Assembly: GCA_037925075.1 (NCBI GenBank)
Contig: JAXSNR010000002.1
Coordinates: 657,912 to 721,911, forward strand
Reading direction: 5' to 3'
Length of the DNA stretch: 64,000 nucleotides
Source: Aquificaceae bacterium
GTDB lineage: Bacteria > Aquificota > Aquificia > Aquificales > Aquificaceae
The position numbers and the translations under genes are program-made. Below, in pieces: positions 57,235-64,000 of the stretch. Positions within the stretch are counted from its first letter, which is position 1, and each line of letters starts with the position of its first letter. The notes under the pieces were generated by a model. It worked only from the letters and a program-made list of their open reading frames with translations, was not told the origin of the DNA and ran no database searches.

Positions 57235-58497
57235 TTATACCCTCTCCGCCATAGCCCTTGCAAAATCTATGGTGGAAAGCTCTTTGGCTTGTATGCCCAT
57301 CCTCCTAAAGCCGTTGGCTATGTCTGGTGTGCCAAGCCTGTCCTCTATAGCCCTTCTGACCGCTTTGTATATTAGCTCGCTTGCCTCTTTCCACCCAAGA
57401 TACTCAAGCATCATGGCACCCGAAAGGGTCAAGGACAGAGGGTTTGCAATGCCTTTGCCCGCAATATCGTAGGCTGTCCCATGAGTGCTTTCAAAAAGAG
57501 CATAGCCATCCCCTATGTTCCCGCTTGGCACAAAGCCCGGACCTCCCACAAGGGCGGAAGCGAGGTCAGAAATATAGTCTCCGTTTAGGTTTTGAGTGAT
57601 TATCACATCGTACGCTTCTGGTTTTAAAACCAACTGCATAAGCATCTGGTCGGTGATCACCCTTACAATCAAAACCTGCCCCTCTTTTGGCTCACCTTCT
57701 GTTATAACCTTCCCTTCAAACTCTGGCTCCTTGGCTACCTCAAAAGCCCAGTTCATAAAGGCACCTTCTGTAGCCTTCATTATGTTTCCTTTTCCTACCA
57801 CCGCCACCACTCTCTTTTTGTTTTCCAAAGCCCACCTGAGAGCCTTCCTTACATGCCTCTTTGTCTTGTATTCACTCATGGGCTTTACCGTTATACCGCA
57901 ATCCTTCGGAAGAGCGTACTCGGAAACCCCCATCTCCTTTATGAAAAACTCCCTGACCTTTTGCGTGTTTTCCGCCTTTGGCATGTACTCTATGCTCATA
58001 TAAACATCGTCGGAGTTTTCCCTAAAGACCGCCACATTTACCCTCTCTGGGTTTGGAATGGGTGCAGGTTGCCCAAGCCAATAGACGGGCCTTATGGCAG
58101 AGTAAAAGTCCATAGATTGGCGAAGTATAGCGTTTAAAGACTTTCCACCCTTGCCCACAGGTGTGCCCAGTGGTCCCTTTATGGAGACTATAGCCTGCTT
58201 TAGCACTTCCAAGGTTTCCTCTGGCATGCGTTTGCCGGTTTTCTCCTCCGCCTTGTCTCCTGCCAGCAATTCCACCCAGTATATCCGCCTGCTTCCACCG
58301 TAAGCCCCCTCCACCGCGGTATTCACCACATGGATCATGGCGGGAGCTATCTCTGGACCTATACCATCTCCCTCTATATAGGGTATTATGGGATTGTTTG
58401 GCACTTCAAGGCTTTTGTCATCTTTGAGCCTTATAAACCGCCCCTCTTGTGGTATTTTTGCACTGCCGTCCCATGTATAGATGTTATCCCACTTCAT
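57235..58497 (-). CDS. icd: Isocitrate dehydrogenase (dimeric type)
   Basis: IEGDGIGPEI, IKGPLGTPVG, FRENSDDVY, KGNIMK, NLNGDYISD, FESTHGTA. Confidence 0.96.
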   Translation of the reverse strand: MKWDNIYTWDGSAKIPQEGRFIRLKDDKSLEVPNNPIIPYIEGDGIGPEIAPAMIHVVNTAVEGAYGGSRRIYWVELLAGDKAEEKTGKRMPEETLEVLKQAIVSIKGPLGTPVGKGGKSLNAILRQSMDFYSAIRPVYWLGQPAPIPNPERVNVAVFRENSDDVYMSIEYMPKAENTQKVREFFIKEMGVSEYALPKDCGITVKPMSEYKTKRHVRKALRWALENKKRVVAVVGKGNIMKATEGAFMNWAFEVAKEPEFEGKVITEGEPKEGQVLIVRVITDQMLMQLVLKPEAYDVIITQNLNGDYISDLASALVGGPGFVPSGNIGDGYALFESTHGTAYDIAGKGIANPLSLTLSGAMMLEYLGWKEASELIYKAVRRAIEDRLGTPDIANGFRRMGIQAKELSTIDFARAMAERV

Positions 58498-58591
58498 ACC
58501 TGCACCTCATGGCTTTTTCAATATTCTACCACAGAAAATTTATGATTTGTATCAGGTTAAAAATCTGTGAAATTTATGTTATATTATCATA

Positions 58592-58653
58592 CAACTGGTG
58601 GTTCCCTCGCGCGTCCTTGATGGCATACCTCTTGGGGCTTCCTGCCCCCTTTT
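58592..58653 (+). ncRNA. Candidate ~60-nt small RNA
   Basis: Extended -10 TGnTATATT (58577-58585), GC-rich body, terminator GGGGC-TTCCT-GCCCC-CTTTT (58634-58653). Confidence 0.35.
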
Positions 58654-58673
58654 ACAGATTGTGGTAAAAATAC

Positions 58674-58703
58674 TTGACTTTAACTTTAATTCCACAATAT
58701 AAT
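58674..58703 (+). promoter_or_regulatory. sigma70 promoter of TonB-dependent receptor operon
   Basis: TTGACT, 18 bp spacer, TATAAT; SD AGGAGG before ATG 58730. Confidence 0.7.
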
Positions 58704-58729
58704 AAGTAAAAATTTACAGGAGGTTTTCC

Positions 58730-60838
58730 ATGAAAGGCAAGGCTTTACTAACTCTTAGTCTTTTTAGCCTTTCCTATGCTCAAGGTATTCAACTTGAAGA
58801 AGTAAGCGTCACAGCGACAAGACTTGAGAGAAAAACGGAAGAGGTGCCCTCAAGTGTTAAGGTTGTAGGTGAAGAAAAGATAAGAGAAACAAGGATGTTC
58901 AACCTACAGGAGGCACTTTCTGGCACGCCGGGCGTATTTATCCAGTCAAGAAATCAGGGGTACGATACGAGGTTAATCCTAAGAGGCTCTGGTCTTCAGG
59001 CTCCCTACGGTGTAAGGCAGATAATGATACTTCTAAATGGCGTTCCCATCACAGACCCGGATAGCCTAACAAGGCTTGACTTTGTGGACACACAGCTTGT
59101 AAAATCCATAGAAGTAAACAAGGGTCCAAACCCACTTTGGGGCGTAAACTCCGCAGGTGGAGTTATAAGCGTCCAAACACTTAGCCCTTTTGAAAGAAAG
59201 GGTGGAGTTTTTAAGATAGGTGGGGGAGATTATGGCACCTTCTTTTCACATCTTAGCTACACCACAAACCTTAAAAACTTCTACCTGACCTTCTCCGCAA
59301 GCAGAAGACAGACAGATAACAGTTGGAGACCGTGGAACCAGTTTTGGACAAACCAAATTACCCTACAGCCCGCATACATCTTTTCTGATGGCTCCACCCT
59401 TGAATCCTACATGGGATACACAAGGGCAAGCCTTCAGTTGCCCGGTGCCCTTATAGTGGACCCAACAAGAAACATAGACCAGTGGAGTATATACAAGGAC
59501 ACAGGCCAAGTTCAGCAAACCGCAGACCCGTGGAAGCATATGGGAAGGTACTCGGAGATATGGTTTTTCAATACTAAATTCACCAAGCAGATAGGAAACC
59601 TTGAGTTAAAACCCGTTTTCTGGATAAACCACTGGACGCATTACCACCCAGTTACTGGAAGAATAAACGATGCGGACACATGGATATACGGTTTGGACCT
59701 TCAGGGTAATTACAAAAACCCCCTTGGTATTCTCGTTGCGGGCTTTACCATAAGGCACGACGAACAAAAGACCAATTACTACAAGTACAGGGACATTGTG
59801 GTACAAAACAACAGAATAGTTTCAACCCTCTCAGACAAAGCGGGAGACCTATCCGAAAGACAAAAACAAAAGACATCCCTTTACGGCCTTTATCTTCAGC
59901 AATCCTTTACCTTTAGCAGGTTTATCCTTGACTTGGGTTTGAGGTTTGACACGGTAAAGTTTGATATATCTGGTTATAAATGGTCTGACTATGACTTTGC
60001 CAGTGGTAATTACAGAAGTTGTCCAAACCCAGTCATAGAAAATTGCTTTGACTATTCAAGGGAAAAGACCTATAGCTCCATAAATCCCAAAATAGGTCTT
60101 TTGTACAAACTTTCCGAAGGCATAAACCTTTACACCGCATACGCAATGGGCTCTCAAACTCCCACAAGCGGTGAGCTTTCTTCAAACCCAAACCTAAAGC
60201 TTGCAAAGGTGGAAAACTATGAAGTAGGACTTAAAGCAAGGAAGGGGATATTAAACCTTGATACCGCTTTTTATTTCTCACCTGTTAAGGATGAGGTGGT
60301 AAGGTACGTTGAAGAGGGACAGACAAAATTTACAAACGCAGGAAAGACGGAAAGGAAGGGCTTTGAATTGGATATGAACCTATCGCCTTTGAAAAGCCTA
60401 ACCTTTGGCGTAAGCTACAGCTATCAGGATTACAAATTTAAGAGGTTTTACGAGCCTATAAGAGTGGGGAATCAAACCGTAAACTTTGACCGTAGCGGTA
60501 AAAGGCTTCCATACATACCGCAAAACTACTACTCACTCTATGTAAGCTACAAGCACCCTTCGGGCTTTAAGCTTCGCCTTCAATCGGACACTTGGGGTAG
60601 CTATTACATGGATAACGCCAACTCGGAAAAGTACGGTGGCTATAGCTTTATCACAAGCTTAGCCCTTGGTTATGAAAAGGGTAGGTGGGACTTTGTCCTA
60701 AATGCGGATAACCTTTTTGACAAGAGGTATGCGGTAGAGGTTACCAAAGACGCGTCCGCAGACCCCTCCACCGCAAGAAAAAGGTATGTACCAGCACCAC
60801 CAAGGATTCTAACGGTGAGGATTAACTACCAATTTTAA
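58730..60838 (+). CDS. TonB-dependent outer membrane receptor
   Basis: Signal peptide, TonB box LEEVSVTATR, plug motifs (LLNGVPI, IEVNKGP), NADNLFDKRY, C-terminal Phe. Confidence 0.95.
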   Translation: MKGKALLTLSLFSLSYAQGIQLEEVSVTATRLERKTEEVPSSVKVVGEEKIRETRMFNLQEALSGTPGVFIQSRNQGYDTRLILRGSGLQAPYGVRQIMILLNGVPITDPDSLTRLDFVDTQLVKSIEVNKGPNPLWGVNSAGGVISVQTLSPFERKGGVFKIGGGDYGTFFSHLSYTTNLKNFYLTFSASRRQTDNSWRPWNQFWTNQITLQPAYIFSDGSTLESYMGYTRASLQLPGALIVDPTRNIDQWSIYKDTGQVQQTADPWKHMGRYSEIWFFNTKFTKQIGNLELKPVFWINHWTHYHPVTGRINDADTWIYGLDLQGNYKNPLGILVAGFTIRHDEQKTNYYKYRDIVVQNNRIVSTLSDKAGDLSERQKQKTSLYGLYLQQSFTFSRFILDLGLRFDTVKFDISGYKWSDYDFASGNYRSCPNPVIENCFDYSREKTYSSINPKIGLLYKLSEGINLYTAYAMGSQTPTSGELSSNPNLKLAKVENYEVGLKARKGILNLDTAFYFSPVKDEVVRYVEEGQTKFTNAGKTERKGFELDMNLSPLKSLTFGVSYSYQDYKFKRFYEPIRVGNQTVNFDRSGKRLPYIPQNYYSLYVSYKHPSGFKLRLQSDTWGSYYMDNANSEKYGGYSFITSLALGYEKGRWDFVLNADNLFDKRYAVEVTKDASADPSTARKRYVPAPPRILTVRINYQF

Positions 60839-60850
60839 GGAGGCATAGCC

Positions 60851-62266
60851 ATGGCTGTAAGTAAGGTTCATTTTATACCAAACAGAAGCAAAAGGGATAT
60901 TTTCGCCCTTCCGGTTATCTCCTTCCTTTTTAAAAACCGATACATGCTACTCTTTTATAGGCTTTTCACCCTCTTTTTGCTACTTTACGCTATAATATAC
61001 GGCTTTATAAACCCCACAAAGGAAAACCTTTTTACCAATGCGGTGTTTTGGAGCATATTCTGGCCCTTTTTTATGGTGATAACCCTTCCTACACTTGGGA
61101 ATGTATTCTGTATGATATGCCCACATGGATTTCTTGGTAAGCACATAACGAAAATAGGACTAAAGCTAAGGGCACCAAAATGGCTGGCAAACCCCTACAT
61201 AGGACCAATAGGTTCAAACATCCTTGCCTACTGGTTTGTCCTTTACACATTCCCCCAGCTTCTGAGTAAGCCTCTTATAACCGCCCTTTTCTTTCTCTTT
61301 TTTACTCTCCTTTCCGCTATTGTCTTTTTCCTTTTCAGGGGCATGGCTTATTGTAAATACATATGTCCCATAGGTTCGGTAAATACAGCCTTTGCAAGAA
61401 CGGGAAGCTTATGGCTTTCCACCTATCAGGAAGAGTGCAAAACCTGTAAAAAGCCGGACTGTGCCCTCGCATGCCCCTATGAGCTAAACCCTTCCAAGTT
61501 TGACCAGAGAAACTCCATGACAAACTGCACCCTATGTATGGAATGTGCCCATGTATGCGATGCGGTAAGGTTGGAAATAAAAAACTTTGGAAGCTCCCTG
61601 TACAAGGAGATAAAAACGCCAAAGGAATGGGAGGTGTGGGTTTATATACTACTCGTTGGAATTATAACCATAACCATGAGGTTCCACCATGGGCTTTCAA
61701 GAAGCTCAATAGGTGATCATATGCCTTGGAACATGGTAGGTAATTACCTTCAAGAGCTTTTTGGACTTCCAAAGTTTGTGGATATGAGTGGCTTTGTGGC
61801 AATGGTTATGGGGCTTTCTGTCGCCCTTTTCCTTTCCTTAGGAAGCTTTTGGCTTATATCAAAGCTCTTTAATGTAAGCTACAAGAAGGTTTTTCTAACC
61901 CTTGGTTATGCCTTTGCACCTCTTATGATAGTGGGTGGGCTTTCGCATGTGCTTGAGTTTTTCTTTATTGAGTACTATCACAATATAGTTAATGGCTTTT
62001 CTCAAGCCTTTGGCCTTGGTATAAATGTGGAGCCCTTGGCAAAAAGAGGGGAAAGTTGGCTTATGATTTTTAGAGTTTTTCCCTTCATAGCGGGCTTATG
62101 GAGTCTTCACATACTTTGGCATAGGGTTAGGCTTTTGGGCATAAGTAGGAAAGGCTTGGCTTTTGCCATAGGCTCTACTCTGCCCATTTTCTACCTTTTG
62201 CTTTCCGCGGTGCAGATATGGGTCATGTTAAACTTTCCACCAACTTATCACCACCATTCACATTAA
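60851..62266 (+). CDS. Polytopic membrane 4Fe-4S-binding protein (NapH/MauN/CcoG-like motifs) with His-rich tail
   Basis: CMICP, CKYICP, CKTCKKPDCALACP, CTLCMECAHVC; many TM helices; ends YHHHSH. Confidence 0.88.
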   Translation: MAVSKVHFIPNRSKRDIFALPVISFLFKNRYMLLFYRLFTLFLLLYAIIYGFINPTKENLFTNAVFWSIFWPFFMVITLPTLGNVFCMICPHGFLGKHITKIGLKLRAPKWLANPYIGPIGSNILAYWFVLYTFPQLLSKPLITALFFLFFTLLSAIVFFLFRGMAYCKYICPIGSVNTAFARTGSLWLSTYQEECKTCKKPDCALACPYELNPSKFDQRNSMTNCTLCMECAHVCDAVRLEIKNFGSSLYKEIKTPKEWEVWVYILLVGIITITMRFHHGLSRSSIGDHMPWNMVGNYLQELFGLPKFVDMSGFVAMVMGLSVALFLSLGSFWLISKLFNVSYKKVFLTLGYAFAPLMIVGGLSHVLEFFFIEYYHNIVNGFSQAFGLGINVEPLAKRGESWLMIFRVFPFIAGLWSLHILWHRVRLLGISRKGLAFAIGSTLPIFYLLLSAVQIWVMLNFPPTYHHHSH

Positions 62267-62275
62267 AATTAACAT

Positions 62276-62701
62276 ATGGAGTGGCTGAGGCTTTCTGTGG
62301 ATTACGGAGTGATAGGGTTTTTGCTTTTTCTAAGTTTTATATCCTTTGGTGTAGGTATAGAAAGGCTTCTCTTTTACAGAAGGCTTAGACTGGAAGACTT
62401 CAAAAGCAGGCAGGAGCTGGAGATAGAATTGACAAAAGGGCTGTTTCTTATAGCCTCCACAGCCTCAAACGCTCCCTACATAGGATTGCTTGGTACGGTG
62501 CTTGGCATAATGCTCACCTTCTACAGCATAGGTCAGGAGGGATTTGTGGATACTCAAAGGGTCATGGTGGGTCTTGCCCTTGCTCTAAAGGCTACCGCGG
62601 TAGGGCTTCTGGTTGCCATACCTTCCTCTGTCCTTTACAACTACCTTCTCAGAAAAGTGCGTGAAAAGGTAGCCCTGTGGGAGGCTATCAATGGAAGATA
62701 A
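62276..62701 (+). CDS. exbB: ExbB proton channel subunit
   Basis: ASNAPYIGLLGTVLGIM, ALKATAVGLLVAIPS. Confidence 0.93.
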   Translation: MEWLRLSVDYGVIGFLLFLSFISFGVGIERLLFYRRLRLEDFKSRQELEIELTKGLFLIASTASNAPYIGLLGTVLGIMLTFYSIGQEGFVDTQRVMVGLALALKATAVGLLVAIPSSVLYNYLLRKVREKVALWEAINGR

Positions 62702-63071
62702 GGAGTTTAGCTCCATCAATGTTATACCGCTTGTGGATATAATGCTGGTGCTTTTGACCATAGTCTTGATAACCGCCACCTTTGTGGTGCAAGGTTCAAT
62801 ACCCGTAAACCTTCCTAAGGCAGGCAAGAGCAACCAAGAAAACCTAAAGGGTGTGGAGATAGTCCTTACAAAGGAGGGAAGGATTTTCTTTGAAGGCAGG
62901 GAAGTAAGCCTTACGGAATTAGAAGGTGTGCTCAAAAGCATAAGCCCCTCTACACGCATAAGCATAGCGGGAGACCGTCAGGCAAGCCTTCAAAGCCTTG
63001 TGAGCCTTTTGGACCTTCTGAAAAAACACCACTTTGAAAAGGTTTCCATAAGGACGGAGATCGCCCCATGA
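62691..63071 (+). CDS. exbD: ExbD
   Basis: INVIPLVDIMLVLLTIVL, IPVNLP. Confidence 0.93.
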   Translation: MEDKEFSSINVIPLVDIMLVLLTIVLITATFVVQGSIPVNLPKAGKSNQENLKGVEIVLTKEGRIFFEGREVSLTELEGVLKSISPSTRISIAGDRQASLQSLVSLLDLLKKHHFEKVSIRTEIAP

Positions 63072-63829
63072 GGGAAAGTCTAAAAGCCTACGGAGTTTCC
63101 TTTTTGCTTCACTTTGCCCTTTTGTTAATTGTGATTGCCTTTAGTACAAACCTTCAAAAAAGAGAAAGGGTTGTGGAATTGGACCTGAGCTTTTTAGAAG
63201 TGAACAACAAGACGGAGGAAAAGGTCTATAAAGAAAGTCCAAAGCCTCAAAGTCTTTCAGAAAACAGAAGAATTAAGGAGGTACCCCTTGTGCAAAGAAG
63301 CTTCCAAGAAAGCCCCATCAAAGAAAAAGTTGAAAGCCCAAATACCCCACCCCCAGAAGAACCTTCTCAACAACAAGAGAACACTACACCAACTAAGTCT
63401 GATAACAAGCTTGGTACTGAAGGCTACAGCTCACCAACCAACCCTAATACTAACACCAAAGGCAATAACCTACCAAAGGATGCTTCAGAAAACAAACATG
63501 GGCAAGCTACCGCACGAGCTTCCACCACAACAACAGAGCAACAAAGGGAGCATTACCTAAAGGAAAAGCTTTTTATAATCTCCCAAATTGTTCAGAAAAA
63601 TATAAGCTATCCTCCTTTGGCAAGAAGGATGGCATGGGAAGGCAAAGTAGTCCTTGCCATCAGGCTTGGAACTAATGGAAACATAGAAGATATAAAAGTG
63701 ATAGAAAGCTCGGGATATGATATCCTTGATAGGAATGCTGTGGATACGGTAAAAAGGGTTTCACACCTTTTTCCAAAGCCACCTGTGGAGGTTATTGTAA
63801 GACTGCCTGTGAATTACAAATTAGAGTGA
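63068..63829 (+). CDS. tonB: TonB energy transducer
   Basis: TM with SxxxH (SFLLH), Pro/polar linker, YPPLARRMAWEGKV, SSGYDILD. Confidence 0.93.
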   Translation: MRESLKAYGVSFLLHFALLLIVIAFSTNLQKRERVVELDLSFLEVNNKTEEKVYKESPKPQSLSENRRIKEVPLVQRSFQESPIKEKVESPNTPPPEEPSQQQENTTPTKSDNKLGTEGYSSPTNPNTNTKGNNLPKDASENKHGQATARASTTTTEQQREHYLKEKLFIISQIVQKNISYPPLARRMAWEGKVVLAIRLGTNGNIEDIKVIESSGYDILDRNAVDTVKRVSHLFPKPPVEVIVRLPVNYKLE

Positions 63830-63836
63830 TATAAAA

Positions 63837-63958
63837 CCCCCGGGACGACCTACTTTCCCGTGCCGTTCGCCCAGCACAGTATCATCGGCGCTGGAGGGCT
63901 TAACTGCCGGGTTCGGAATGGAAACCGGGTGTTTCCCCTCCGCTATGGTCCCGAGGGA
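63837..63958 (-). rRNA. rrf: 5S ribosomal RNA
   Basis: Minus strand CCCTCGGGACCATAGCGG..CACCCG..CCATTCCGAAC..AGTTAAG..GCCGATGATACT..GGGAAAGTAGGTCGTCCCGGGGG; helix I pairs. Confidence 0.96.
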
Positions 63959-63984
63959 AGCAACTCAATAGGTTTTCCTTCCTG

Positions 63985-64000
63985 TGGGTGTGCAAGTCGA
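63985..64000 (-). rRNA. rrl: Probable extreme 3' end of 23S rRNA (partial)
   Basis: Minus strand TCGACTTGCAC.. shortly upstream of 5S, resembling the 23S 3' terminus; too short to be certain. Confidence 0.45.

Noticed and set aside
58500..58729. Cobalamin or TPP riboswitch before the TonB receptor
   Set aside because: No B12-box or TPP core motifs seen, and the receptor promoter leaves only a ~20-nt leader

Overview
A compact, gene-dense 64 kb segment of an Aquificaceae chromosome (Hydrogenobacter/Thermocrinis-like, inferred from protein content and gene order). Most of it is housekeeping: partial pyrG, groESL, ispE-tRNA-Gln-prs-rplY-pth-ppa-kdsD-dxr, eno-ftsB, cpoB-uppS-cdsA-pmbA, ribD-fmt, tsaD/tsaB, cimA, dnaG, hemD-lpxC, kdsB, a ferredoxin-type glutamate synthase, a UbiD/MqnL decarboxylase, folD, cysS, icd, and the 3' end of an rRNA operon (5S). 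Accessory content: (i) a two-component system with a CzcCBA-type RND pump, where both promoters carry the same 11-bp-phased direct-repeat box; (ii) a TonB-dependent receptor / membrane polyferredoxin / ExbB-ExbD-TonB operon, preceded by a candidate ~60-nt sRNA with an anti-Shine-Dalgarno seed; (iii) four broken accessory genes: two large surface proteins each cut by one in-frame stop, a deleted PD-(D/E)XK-like nuclease, and a frameshifted DUF2231 gene. Many start codons have a TAnnnT -10 box 6-8 nt upstream and no SD, suggesting widespread leaderless transcription. No CRISPR array, IS or prophage was seen. All calls come from reading the sequence; no database searches were run.
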